Shown here: piece after piece, positions 1 to 14,740 of the stretch
Layout of the letters: each line of letters starts with the position of its first letter
Numbering within the stretch: position 1 is the stretch's first letter
Origin: the human T2T-CHM13v2.0 reference genome, Homo sapiens
DNA: 64,000 nt
Assembly (NCBI RefSeq): GCF_009914755.1
Contig: NC_060944.1
Reading direction: 5' to 3' (one strand)
Translations under genes and position numbers: made by a program
The notes under the pieces: generated by a model
Databases searched by the model: none
Told to the model about the DNA's origin: nothing
The model's input: the letters and a program-made list of their open reading frames with translations, nothing else

Positions 1-2652
1 CAATTTTAATGGTATAGCTTTCTCAGCTCTGTTAGAAAATAGAGATGAGAAAATGTCACCCAATTCAGAAACTAGAGCTAAGGCTGTATTTTTTTGATCA
101 AGAAGGAAGAGAGAGGAGGGTCTCTCGGGTGGGTTCAGTAACACATAGAGTAGTCTTTTCCAAGCACTAAATGCCCTACAGCCGTAGTCAGCAAAGCCGA
201 AGGCAAAGCAAAACACCTGGCGTTCTGCTGCTCTTGCTGCTGCTGGCACTTTGCATGCCTCCAATGGATGATTCTTTCCAAATCAGGAAAAGTCAAACTT
301 AGCAAGGATTTACAAAAGGTTCTGGGCTTCCATCAATGTCTTTAATTCTTTTATTTTTTATTTGATTGTTGTATCATCCTCAAAACATGATCTATGCAGG
401 TAGATTTAGATTCCCACTACCTATTGTCATACAGATTCTCCTGTCATTCTTCATTCATTCACTTCTCTATTCAAAGAATATTCACTGAGGGCCAATATTT
501 TTGTATTTATTAATAGGCATAGTATAGATGCTGGATATATGAAGATAAAGCAACAGAATAGACCTCTGCCTGGAGGAGCAGTGCTCCTCCACATACATCC
601 TGGGGCCTCCTTTCCTGCAATGCATAGTACATTCCAGGTAAGGCAGACCACTTTCTTTCTCTATGACAGGTGTAAAGTTATTATGAGTGCTCCATTTGAG
701 ACCCAAACTGCTTTTTCTGTCTCTATGTGATGTCTTAAATTCTTGCAGTCATATGGATCCATTCAAACCTCTACCCATACTTATGGAAGATGCTTTCAAT
801 CCTTTCTCTACCTGAGAACCCAACAGGTACTCTGGGAACCCTTGGTTGTGCAAGAAGCCCCAGGGACCTCTAGAACAGAAATATCAGGTGTGGATCAAGG
901 GTGTCTCCATTTCCCCACTCGTTTGTCTATGGCAGACACTGGTGATCATTTAGCATACATTTTCTCACTAAAATTTAGTACAGCCTTTGATTCAAACTCA
1001 ACACTTGTCCAGGCAGCCAAATTAATTATTCAGTATTGTTCCCAGAGATGAAATCTATTTGCTATCCTTGGTTGGAATTTGCTACATCCTCTGCTGCTCC
1101 TTTGGACTCATTGATTTGTTTTCATCACTAAGAATTCACAGTTCACATTAGGTGCAAAGCCCCGTAAGATCACTCAGGTCTTATTCATTTGTATTCCAAA
1201 ATAACCCATCATCATCAGCACTGATTGATTTCCCCTTAAGATAAATCCAACCTGTGTAAACTCCAATCATAGCCACACATTTCATAATCCCAAGTCCTTT
1301 TACACAATGGTCTTATATCCAAGAATCTCCAGGCTTTATTCGTTATAATGTACTAGCTGGTCAAACTGACAACACCAGATTAGTTTAATTATAGTTCACA
1401 TCATTGTTTAATACAAGTTGTGGTAGAGGGGAATGTGGTAGATAGAAGGGGTTCTACTCTCAAAAATCATTCAGAGACTCCAGCCCTTTATACTATAGGG
1501 CATTGTTTCAGTAATGCTCTAGGGAAGCTCACCTCCATGCAGTTCTCAAGGATCCATGATGCTTTTATCTCCTGGATCCACATTGTGGTCCCCCTGGTTA
1601 TTCTCAAAGTGAAAGACAACATAAAGATATACACCAGCTTTAAATGCCCTGAACTGAGACGTGGTAGACCTCATTGTGCCCACAATTTTTATTTTTTGGC
1701 TAGAAATAATTACATGAAACCACCCACCTGCATGGCAGCTAAGGAGGTTGTTTTCACATGTGCCTAGGAAGGAGGAGAGAATCACACATGGTGATTACTA
1801 GTTATCGCTACTACACATGGGCTGTGTTCTCAGGAGGCTAAAGAAGTAGAATGTGGTAAACGTACAGCTTTGCCTCAACCACAAGGCCTCCCTCCCTCCA
1901 TCTTCTCAGAATGCCCTGGAAGATAATAGGCCCTCTCTCTTTTACGTTTAATTTTAATAAATACCAAGTACTGATTAGAAAGTAATTAGAATGTGTTTTT
2001 TTTGGAAGACACTAACGTTATAATTGATTTTTAAAGTGGTTTTATTTTCAAACATATGGTTTCAGAGATTTTTAGTTTGAAGGTATATATCAGAGAGAAA
2101 TTTATTTATTACAGTTAGAGAAATCTGACTGGAACAGTCATAAACCATTGAAAGGACTTATTGACTTGCGTATTTGAAAGATCTTGGAATGGGCAAATCT
2201 AGGTGCACACATGGTATTGTCACGAATTTGTGCCTTACCCTCTTCCAGCCCTGTTTTCCATGTGTGGGCTTCATCCTGAAACAGGCTTGTCTCAAGCTGT
2301 GGCAAGACAGCTACCAGCAGCTCCAGGCATTCCCCAGGGAAGGAATGTGTGTGTGTCCTAGTGATCATAATGAAAGTCAGGGAGAAAATGCTCCTGGACT
2401 TCGCTGGGATAGTCATCCATTCATTTACTCAATCTAGGGGGATAATAGAATTGGCTCGGCTTGAAATTAGACTATATGTCATCTGAATCTAAATTGTAAA
2501 ATAGAGATGGGAGATGAATAGTTTCCCAGAGGATAGCCTGATTGTTGTTACCAGAAAACAGAACAAAATATACCCACATGGTTTTCTACTACATAACACA
2601 AACAGGGGGAGATTGCTTTTCTGCCTAATTAGGGCCTCATGGTGACTTTGCC

Positions 2653-2689
<37 letters not shown>

Positions 2690-3579
2690 GCTGTGGCCCA
2701 GGGGCTGATCATTAGAATTTCCCATCTAAAATCCTCATTTTTGATTGCAGCAGGAGACATTTGGTCTCTATGATAATGGCTTGTGCCAACCCAACTCACA
2801 GGGACTACATAAACTAGAATGCTGGTTTCTTAACTGTCGGTAAGAAAAATAACTTCCTAGTTGAGCATAAAATTTGAGCTACACTGACCAACTCCTTTTA
2901 TAAAGCTAAATATGTAACAGGGAAGAGAAATTAAAACCAGCAGGACATTAGTTGAGCATGGAATCAGACTCAGGGTAATTAGTTAAATAAAAACATTCTG
3001 TGACATGTACCCATTATTGCTCAATATATGTATTGCAGTGGCAGTAATATACTGTCTAGAAGGCTGTCATTCAAATAGGCTTGTAGGCATACTCTGCCAC
3101 ACCCCCAATGGGTTGGGTTCTGGGTGACTATTGCTACGTTGCTGATTCCAGTCACTATATTTTCACAAGGACCATTTCCTTCCATTGACACCTTATTTAA
3201 TTAAATAGTCTCCATTTGCTTTTTGATTAAGTAACAGTTCATTAATAATTAGTATATCTTGATTTAATTAGGCAAAGTGTCAGAAATCTCGGCCTACGTT
3301 GATTGCAACAAGTGTTTGACCACTTATCAGAACTTTCTATATAATTTCAAAGCTGAGGAACATTTCTGTAATGGGATAAGCTATTTAAAACCAGTAGGGT
3401 AGGCAGAAAATACTTGCTGGCTGTCTGAATGAACAGAGCTTTGTCTTTCTTCCTGGATTTTCTTTTCTTCTTCTTGACATTTTGCAAGCCACACTGGTGA
3501 AATATATCAATTAGGAATTTTCTCTTTGCATGTTTAAATAAGTGCAAAATGACTCTTAAAAACATGATCATTTGTGACC

Positions 3580-4350
3580 TTATTTTATATAGTTTTAAAC
3601 TTACATGAAGTCACAAGACTAGTACAGAAAGTGTTCCTTTACTCTTTACTCGATTTACCAATTGTTTGTATTTTGCCCTACTAGATCCATCATTCTTTTT
3701 CTATAGAGTAATTTAAAGACACTGTGGCTTTTCCCCTAGATTCTTCAGTGTGTATTTTCTGAAAACAGGAACAGTTCTTACTTAACAATAGTATGATGAT
3801 CAAAATCAGGAAATTTAACATTGATAAATTACTATTATGTAATCAACAGTCTAGTTAATTTTTTAATTGCCCCAATAAATCCTTAAGCTATTTTTTCCTG
3901 GTTGAGGACACATTCAGTATCATGCATTGGGTTCAGTTTTCAGTTCTTTTTAGAATTCTTTATTGCTGAACAGTCGCATTGCCTTTCTTTGTCATTTCTG
4001 ACCTTGCCATTTTGGAAGAGTACAAGCTAGTTTATTTTGTAGAATGTCACTCAATTTGGGTTTTCTTATTTTCTGCATAAATAGATTCAGATTATGCATT
4101 TTTGTACATTTTCTTATGTCTTATTTATCGCATCATGTTAGGATGCCCATGATATTCGTTTGTTTCAATTTTGACGGCAACATTGATCACCACCTGAATA
4201 TTGGTTAAGAAGGTGTCAAGATTATGGAGTATCCAACAAATTTCTCCACTATAAAGTTATGTTTCTTTCTGTTTATAATGAGTAAGTAATTTGAGGAGAG
4301 ATTTTTCTTAAACTACGTATACAACCTATTTCTAATATCCATTTTATCTC
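3580..4350 (-). mobile_element. L1MC-like 3' end fragment
   Basis: Motif atcaaaatcaggaaatttaacattgata and related motifs; ends approximate. Confidence 0.65.
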
Positions 4351-5216
4351 CTACCTCTTCCATACGTTTTGTCCAAAAAGGACACATATTCTTAGCCCAT
4401 TTGACAGATGAGTGAACAGAAACAAAAGGAAATGCCTCATAAATGTTAGAACTCAATCACTGCATTCATGTTTCAAGTTCATTATGTGACAATTAACTTC
4501 CTCAACTCATGTTCTTACAAAATCCTGGTCACCTGCTTAATTTCTTAAGCACAGAGTATATTTAGAACAACTGTGAAATCATAGAAAAACCTGGAAAAAA
4601 AACTTGACTCTGTCACTTTTGAGCTAGGTAATCTTTGGTAAGGTTTAAAAATTCTTAATCTCAGCTTCTTTCTCTGTAAAAGGAAGATAATGATATCCAA
4701 CTTTCAATTTTGCCTTGAGATTAAATGAGATAATATGTTTTTCTTCAGGCATTAACACAACATCTTGAATCAATAGATATATGTTTTTTCTCTCTTGATC
4801 CTTTCAGTTTTTTTTTTTTTTTAATGAATAGTGTTTGCCAAGCTCTATACACAGAAGATATACCCATGCGAAAACCCAGCATTTGGTTAAATGGAAAGGG
4901 AGATGACATTCACTGGCAAAGTAAAGTTTTGGACCTTGTAGGTATCTGGCAGAAGAGATTTTTAATAGAAGAAACAAGAAGGGCAAGGGCCTCAAGTGGT
5001 CATGTTCTTGACACAAGCAAAGTAGAGTAAGGAGGTAAGGATGGCTAGAGCAGAGTAAGTGGGCTGGAAGTGAAAAGGATGAGATCAGAGGTGGCTTGGG
5101 ACCAGATTATACAGGCCAGTGTCAGAGTTGAAGTTTTATTCTAAGGGAGGTAAAAGATGTTGTAGGTTTTGAGACAGAGGAGTGATTTGTGCTTACTTAC
5201 ATTTTAAATGTATTTC

Positions 5217-5635
5217 TGTTGTGAGCGGAATTGTGTCCCCCCAAAAGATATGTACAAGTTCTAACCTCTAGTACCTGTGAATGTGAACTTATTTGGAAAT
5301 AGAGTCTTTGCAGATGTTCCCAAGTTATGATGAGGTCATGCTAGATTAGAAAGGGGCCCATTGCAATGTAACTGGCATCCTTGTAAGAAGAGGGAAATTT
5401 GGACACAGACAGAAGAAAGCCATGTAAGGAAGGACTCAGAAATTGGAGTGACACATCTACAGTAGAAGCAACATTGATGATTGCCAGCAACCATTAGAAG
5501 CTAGAAGAGCCAAGAAAGGATTCTTCCTTAGAACCTTCAGAGGGACCAGGGCCCCACCTGCATGATTCTGGACTTTTAGACTGTGGAACTGTGAGGGAAT
5601 GCATTTTTGTTGTTTTGAGTCACCAGTTTGCACTC
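5217..5635 (+). mobile_element. MaLR LTR (MLT1B/C/D-like) inserted in L2
   Basis: Contains gaattgtgtcccccc...acctgtgaatgtgaacttatttggaaatag. Confidence 0.85.
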
Positions 5636-8009
5636 ATTTGGAAATTAACTGCTTCATAAAGTGATGTGAAGATTGTGGAGAACACGTGTGCGAGCAAGAG
5701 GCCACTACATTTATAGACAAGAGACAATGACGTGGACAGAGGCAATAGGGATGGAGATACAAAACGGGGCCAGATCCTAGTTGAGTTTTGCAGGTAGAGA
5801 CAACTGTCTTTGACATTTAATTCAGTGACCCAAACCAGGGACCCTTTCCAGAGTGAAAGAGGCTGCTATTAACAAAAACACAGGGATGACAGACGTAGTC
5901 TAAGGTGTATAATCAGTGCATTGACTAACTGAATATAAAAACAGAAAAGATAGAGAGGAGTCAACAATGTTGCCAAGATTTTGCCTGAACTACTGAATGA
6001 ACATAGTTAACCATTTATGAGATGAGGAAGATCATAGGAAGAACAGGTGTAGTGGAAAAATTATAAATTGGGTGTGGGGTTTGTTAAAATTTGAGATGTC
6101 TACTAGAAACAGTAAGTAAAGGAGCCAGAGCCCACAGGGAAAAGTTAAGTGCGAATATATAAATGTAGCTTGTGACTTAATAATGGTATTTAAATCCCAG
6201 AGACGGTATGAGACCTAGAAACCCAGAGTATGAAAAGTAGAGACAGTAATGAGTCCTTCCATATTCTCCTAATAATTACCAATTGCCAAAGAGTGGTCAG
6301 TACTTGTGCTCATATTTGTTGATTATTTGAAGATGAAAACATAAATTGTGTTAACTGAATCACACCTTTGAAATAGGGAGAAATCAATTTATTAAGTCAG
6401 TAATGCAGCATGTTACAGTACCGAGGAATTATTCCAGTTATGTGTTACACATGAGGATTGCTGCACCTCAGTCCATGGATTCTGCTTCCATTGCTATGGG
6501 GTGAGGTCCAGAATTCTCACTTTGTAAAAAGCAAGAGAAGAAATTCCGACATAGCGACTTTGTAGACCCTTATTTGATAAATCTCTCTGGTTAAGCTTTT
6601 TCTTGTAGTATTCACACGCAATTCATGTGTTTTCTACATGCAAGTTTTGTGTATCTTAAACCGCTAAAACGATAGCAGCTGTCTGGATCCTGAGAACAGA
6701 CTCAGGATGACAGATATGTGTGGAAATGATGTCAGTCTTTCTGAGTTTGTAAATTTATTTTGAACAGAAAAGCTACAGTTCAACAGATGAATGGAGCAGA
6801 GTTGGGTGAAAAGAGTTAAAAAGATAAGACCCACCTTCTCCCCAGCTGTGCTCAGCATCAGGCATTCCTCCTATTCATTCTGCACACTTTGAAAGCAGCT
6901 TAGAACTACCCAGCCTGGAACCCTCAAAGCCGTGTCTCTCATTTTGATCTCCTTTCTCCATCTGCTTCTTGTACCTTTTTGAGATGTGTTCACTATATTT
7001 TACCTAGAGCTCTAGGAACTCCAGACTGATGACTAATCAGAAAGGCAGCACGACTCCCCCTAAGCTCTGCCTATCTGTAATTGGCTCTTTTTACATTAAT
7101 ATAAATCCCAGGGAAAATATATTGGCAATGCTACTGCAGAGTATCTACAACTTCAATTACTTTAAAATGCTCTTAATACTCCCAATTAGCTAATTAGAGT
7201 CTGTGTGTTATTGAGGAATGTTAGAGGTTAAAATACCTTTTAAACTTTGGAGGTACCAGCAAAAATGAAAGCATTTCTGATTAGAGTCTAGAATTGTGCT
7301 TTCCTTCTTATAATAATAATTGTAGGAGTAGCATTTTTTGAAAAGAAAAAAAATTAAAGACAGAAGGAAAGTTAAAGAAAACGAGAAAAAGGTGCCTTTT
7401 TCACACATTTTTAAAATTTGCATAATTTTATTAAAAAAATCAAACTAAGATATTTTTGTTTTGTTAATATTTAAATAAGCCTCATCCAAAATTCTGCTAG
7501 CATTTATTATTAATAATTGACAGGAAATTTTTGGCTTTTCTGAAAAAGGGAAAAGACACCCATGCCTGTGTCTTCTGAGGAGTCTCAGTCAGGAAATCCC
7601 CAAAGAAAGAAAACATTCCCTTGATTACTCTTATTTTGTCTTAATTGCACATGAAGTCAGAAGCCTTAACTCATTTTTTTATTCATTCATCCATTTATAA
7701 GTGAGCATCTAATATGCATCTGGTACTAGTTGACAGATAGTGGAAACAGATATGGTCCATGCCCTCATCATCACATTCTACTTTAGTTACTTTCATGGGA
7801 TCATCATGTTTTAACTATTTCAGAAAGACAAAGGGCTGGAAGATGGAGTTTAGGATTTGTGAAAAACAATCGGCATCCGCTGTACGATTTCTTTTCAGAC
7901 TTTTCAGTTTCCTTCTCAGCTTTTTAAAAAAGATGTAGATCGATAGATAGATTATTGATAGATAGAGATACTATTGTCATAACTTTCCAAAGAAAAATAT
8001 ACTTTAAAT

Positions 8010-9860
8010 AACTTTTTATTTGGCAATACTTTTAAGAGTTACAATAAGTTGCCAAAGATAGTACAGAGTTCCTCCAGCTTCCCCAAATGATAGCATTTTT
8101 ATAGAACTATAGTATATTATCAGAAGTTGAAATTTACATGCTATATTACTACTAATTCTAATTCAGATTTTATTTTAGATTCATCAAAGTTTTCATGCAC
8201 TTTGTGCGTGTATATAGTTCTATGATATTTTGTTACGTATGAAGATTCATAACCATCACCATAATCAGGATGCAGAACTGATCTGTTTCCAAACAGATAT
8301 TCCTTCATGCTATACCCCATCCCATATCCTTTTCCCCAGAGGCTACGAATGTTCTCTACCGTTACAATTTTGTCACTTTGAGATAATGTTATATAAATGG
8401 AGTCATACAGTATGTAACCACTTGCTACCGGCCTTTAGAAAATTACTTAGCATAATTCCCCTGAGATGCATCCCATGTGTTGCAAGCATTGATAGTTTTC
8501 TTTCTTTTTTATCACTGAGAGGGATATGATTGGATAAATATACAGCATCAGAATTTGTATATTCATTCATTCAATGAAGGACATTTGTGATGTTTCCAGC
8601 TTTTTTGTTATTACAAATAAAGTTCCTATAAACTTAGTGTATAGGATTTTGTGTTAACACAAATTTTCATTTATCTGGAATAAATGTTCAGGAATGCTAT
8701 TTTTGGGTCATTAAGTATCTGATTGATTTTATAGGAAACTACTAACTTCTTTTCCAGAGTAATTGTATCATCTTACATTCTCAGCAGCAACATAGAAGAG
8801 ATCCTGGGCTCTGGAGCTCTCGGATCTGGTGTTGCCAGTATATATATTTTTAATTTTAGCTATATTAGTAGGACTGCAGAGTGTCTTGTTTTTGGATTGA
8901 TTTGCATGTTTAATAACTAATAATGTGGATTTTTTTCTTGTGCTTATGTGCTACTCATATATCATCTTTGGTGAAGTGTCTGCTCAAGTTTGTTGCCCAT
9001 TCTCTAATTGGATTGCTTGTTTTCTTACTGTTTAGAGAGTTCTTTTTATATTAGGCATGTGAGTCATGTGTATCTGATATTTGCAAATATGTGATTTGCG
9101 AGTATTTTCTCCCAGTATTTGGCTTTTATTTTCATGCTTGTAAGAAGGTCTTTTGTATGGAAGAAGTTTTACATTTTGATGTCCAATATATTAATTTTCC
9201 CTTTCATGGATCATGACATTAGTTTCTTATATAAGAACTCTTTGCCTAATCCTAGGTCATGAGAACTTTTTCCTATGTTTTTCTCTAAAAGTTTGATAAT
9301 TTTATCGTTTATATTTAGATCTATGAGCCATTCAAGTCAATTATTTCATAGATGAGTTTTAGATTATTTTTATGCCTATAAATGTCCAATTATTCAAGCA
9401 TCATTTGTTGAAAAGACTATCCTTCCTCTATTGAATTGCTTTTGCACCTTTGTCAAGACTCATCCTTGTGTGGAACTGTTTCTGAGTTCTCCATTCTGTT
9501 CCATTGATTTATATATTTATTCTTTTACTAATACAATATTCCTGATTACTGAACCTATAAAGGAAGTCTTCAAAATCAAGTAATGTGATTCTCCTACTTA
9601 ATTCTTACTTTACACAATTGCTGTTGCTAGTCTAATTCCTTTGCCTTTCCGTGATCTTTAGAATCAGCTTATCTGTATCTACAAGTAAACATGTTAAACC
9701 TATACCTCAATTTAGGAAGAATTGGCATCTTTACTAGGTAGAGTATTCCATTCTGGAAACACAGAAAATCTTTCCATTTATTTCCTTGTCTTTATTGATT
9801 TATTTCATTTTTACGTAGTTTTCACTATATAGAACTTGGAACAGTTTGTCAGTTTTATAA
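8010..9860 (-). mobile_element. Old L1M (MC/MD/ME-type) element
   Basis: T-rich antisense L1 motifs (catttgttgaaaagactatccttcc, ctttggtgaagtgtctg); ends approximate. Confidence 0.8.
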
Positions 9861-10449
9861 TACTTTTTTTCTTCTAGGAGTGATTGCAATTGGTAACAAT
9901 GTTTTAGCATCAAAATACACACACACAGGCATGCCCGCATGCACACACACACACACAAAACTCTGAAAAAATATATAATTTTTCTTTTCACATTTCGCAG
10001 ACAAATGTCGGTAAGTGTTTGCAATCAACTGTTCTAGACACAGCTCTTAATATACAAAAAGTTGAATCTCTTTCACTAATCCAAAATAGAATCAGATACA
10101 TAGTAGACATTATAAATTTGCTGAAAGAGTGAATAAATACACTGAAACATTTTAAATACTTTAACTGCTTCTCAATTGATGTGTACATTTGCACATATTA
10201 CACACAAAAAATAATACCCACAAAGGCACATATATATTTGAGTCATCCTCAGAATTTCTCCACAGGGTAAGGCCTACCCGAAGGAAGGCTTATCCTATTT
10301 TTCAGGAAAGCATATATTTTAGGCTGAAAATACTCTAAAATTTGAAGTTCAATAAAGGCCTAAAATACAACTCTCTTCTTCACTGATGCTGATTGCCTGT
10401 GTGGTGTGCATTCTGTGAGACATAGCAGAAGTTGAAGAGATATTTGTTA

Positions 10450-10788
<339 letters not shown>

Positions 10789-12399
10789 CTAAAAATTAAG
10801 ATAATAAAAATATATGACCTTTAACTGTAACATATGGTTGATATTATTCCAATATTCTCAGTACCTAGTGATATGGTTTCTGCTTGTCAAGTTTGCATCA
10901 TGCTATATTTAGTACTTTTAAATCAGTTTTCTTAATTGATAAGTATACATAAGCATTTTCTAGATCATTGAAAGTTATTTCTGATATAATATTAAGTCAG
11001 TAATATCCCTTTCTATATCATATTATGATATGAACATTCTTCCATTGAAAAATATTTTTATCACTTAACATGTATGTTGCTTTCTAATTTTTTCACATGT
11101 GTAATTATTACATATATATTTTTCTTATGTATTTGGTTATTTTCCTTGTATGGCTTGGAAGAATAGCTATAAAATACACGTTTTAAAGTAAATGATACTT
11201 AGGCAAAATGTCCCTCCAGAAAAATTTTCCAACTGATTTTCCCAAGTAGTTTTAAGATGCTCTTCACACTAAACTGTAGCCAATACTAAGGGATTGTTTT
11301 TTCCTCTTTGATAGTTGAAAATGAAGTTTCATTTTTATTTTTATTTCTCTAGCTGAAAGAATAAACATTTCCATATGAGTTTACTTGCCATAAGCATGTG
11401 AAATTGGTGTTGTAGTCTGCATGTCGCTTTCATCCCAATTTCTTCATTCTTGCTTCTAGGAGACGTATTTGATTGGTGATTGCATGAATTCTCCTTCCCT
11501 TCCTTCTCAACCTATTTGTGGTTCATACTAGAACCTACTGGATTTTAAGATGGGTGAAATGGTTATAAATATCCCATAGAAAAATCTCTGGAGTCTCCCA
11601 GGGTGGTGGGGACTAGCCAGTTTTTGTTTTTGTGTGTTTGTTTGTTTGTTTGTTTTAACTGAACACATTTAGCTTTGCTCATGGGCACACAGACAGGCTA
11701 CATTTTCCAACATTCCGTGCCGTTACATACAGCCAATAGAATGTACTCAGACTTGATACATACCACTTCCATGCCTGCTCTGTAAATTTTTTCTACGCTT
11801 TTTTTCTTGCTTTTTCCTTTTGCCAGATGAATGGAGAGGACTCCAGACCGAGAGGCCAAGTGTACTGGATGCACGGAGCCTGGATTTCTGAACAACTGCA
11901 TGGCAAGCACTTCCTGAAGGTGCACCTAACAAGGAATACTGTGGTAGGTTGTGGACTGAAGGAGAAAGAAATTTTAACTGTGTTAAGTCATTGAAATAGG
12001 AGTTTTTTGCCTAACCTTACGCATCCAGTGATTTATTTAATGGGTTAGACTAAGCAGTCGCTTCTTGGCTCCTGTTGTCAGGGCTTCTTACTCTCTAAAG
12101 GAATGTATTTCTTCAAAATGTTAAGCAGTCTGTGGTTCTTACATTGCAAGAAAAAGCAAAAATGACAATGCCCAGCATGCTCCGCAAATGATTTTATATA
12201 TTAGGTTCCAGGCTTAAAGGGTCTGAGTTGATGTTTGGGTTCCCTGGCTAGGCTAATAATTTAGGGACGTTTCAGATAGTTACTCTTTAAGTCTTTGTTA
12301 AATATTGTATATCAGAGGTGATGAGAAATCATTTTTATTAATAAAATTAGAATTCCTCTTCCTTGAAGCTTATAATAAAGGATTTATTGTATGCACTGA

Positions 12400-12733
<334 letters not shown>

Positions 12734-14279
12734 CAGTGTAACTATTATTATTAGAAAATTATTGGAACCTGTTTTTCGCTTTATAGATTTCCATCACTCA
12801 TTATTCAATTATGTGTATTATTCATACTCACTAAGGACAGATGTAGCATTGATATAGTTACAAAGTCTTGTTTCCACTTTCAGTTTTCTTTCTGGGCATC
12901 ATAGAGGGAAGACTTGCCCATGTTTCAGTTGTGCTGATTTTTTCAAATTTTTGTGTGTGTAATTTTCCAAATGAGACAACTTTTTGGGAGGCAAAAGTAA
13001 AAAGGTAGAAAATTTTAATAATTTAATAATAATTTAATAATAATATTATTAAAAAAATTTAATAATAAAATGAATAATGGGATTTATTGTATGCACTGAA
13101 TACAGTGTAACTATTATTATTTTAAAATTTATTTATTTTAAAATTTATTATTTTAAAATTTAGTAAACTCTACAATGTCACATATTATTTGGCTTCAGGG
13201 TTTCAACTAATTGTGATTAATCTTTCAAAGAACCTTGGGTGGCTTAACCAGGATTAGTGCAAATCAAGTTATACCACATAACTTGCATGTATGTTTGCAA
13301 AATTACTCAATATAATAAGGGGTCAGCATCACACATGATTATGTACTTCAGTGGGAGTAGGACATTATACTGGTTGGGGAAATAGACCTATAAGGGCAAG
13401 TTGAGTTTGCTGGAACCAAATTTCACATTTATTCCACTGGTATACTAGCATCCTGTATAGATTTTCATCTCTGGTGGCTGTGATGCCTGCCTGTATACTT
13501 TACCCCACCAATCTCTTTATCTGCTGTGACTTTCCCCCGAATTCACGTATTTAGGATGCCACCAAGTGTGGGCCGCCTCTGCTACCAGAAAGGTGGCATT
13601 GGAGGCTCTACTCCTAAAATGATTGTAGAAAAACAGTTATTTACCTTCAGGAACATGGGGGTCTATTGCCCCTGCTCATCTTAGAAACAGACTGGTAGTT
13701 GCCCATTTCTGGGTGAGATGAGCCTTGGAGTTGGACCAGGAATCACAAAGGGAATGAGTCAGGTAGCCTCTCACCTTCCTTCAAACTACCAGGTTTTCTA
13801 TTTCTCAATAGCAGAGAATGGTTTTATGTCAATTGGCAAGTGTTTTTCCTTTTATCTGACAATCAGTGGGAAGTTTATTTTATGTTCTCTGCTTTGTGCT
13901 TCGTTAAATTCATTTGTTTTTTAATGAAATGTGTGGAGAAGCCACATCCCTGCCAGCCATATGACATCTTAGAGGGGATTCTCCCGCTTGGTCTTAACAT
14001 TTGATGATCCTGTATAAAGGATTTCTGAGGCATTCAAATAATTCAGCTCATTAAAGGGGGTAGTGACCTAGTCAGGGAATTCTTTTCTGAAACCAAGCAC
14101 ATTGAAGTGGAAACGTGATGTAGGGATTATCCAGACCAGTCAGCGTATCTCACAGAGGAGACTGCAGGCTTCTGGATTTTTCTGGAATTGCTCCTGTGAG
14201 GTATGTATGTACGTATACGGCAAAAGTGTTACTTCTTCTCTTTCAGGGTTTTTGTTGTTATTGTTTTTGTTGTTATTGT

Positions 14280-14740
14280 TGGTTGAGCCTGAGAATTAAA
14301 TTAAGATCAACAAAAGACAAGCATACGAATTTATTTAATGCAGGTTTTACATGGCAGTGGGGACTTCATAAGGAAATGATGACCTAAAGAAGCAGTTAGG
14401 GTCAAACACTTAGATACTGAATTGTAGCAAGAGTAGGAAACTGTAAAAATGTGATAAGGAAAAGGAGCTTGGGTTAGGGTAATACACAGGGTAGAGAAGT
14501 GACTAGGAAGATAAGGGTTAGTTTACAAGGTTTGTTTGCACAGATTTCTCTCTGCTTCAACGTCACATACTTGATGATAAGAATGTTACTCTACTTTTAG
14601 TATGTGGAGAACATCTTTCACATGGGAACCTCATCTCCTGCTTTTAAAAAACGGAATGAAGTTCAGAGAAGGTTTCTACACCTTCTGGTTTCTCTGTTTT
14701 TATTTAGGTGCATTTAACTCAAGGCACCTAAATAAATTCT
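14280..14740 (-). mobile_element. ERV1 MER4-group LTR fragment
   Basis: Motif gataagggttagtttacaaggtttgtttgcacagatttctct; subfamily not resolved. Confidence 0.5.

Noticed and set aside
2655-2687. 33-nt poly(A) as the tail of a retrocopy
   Set aside because: No poly(A) signal, TSD or recognisable mRNA upstream, so treated as a simple homopolymer.
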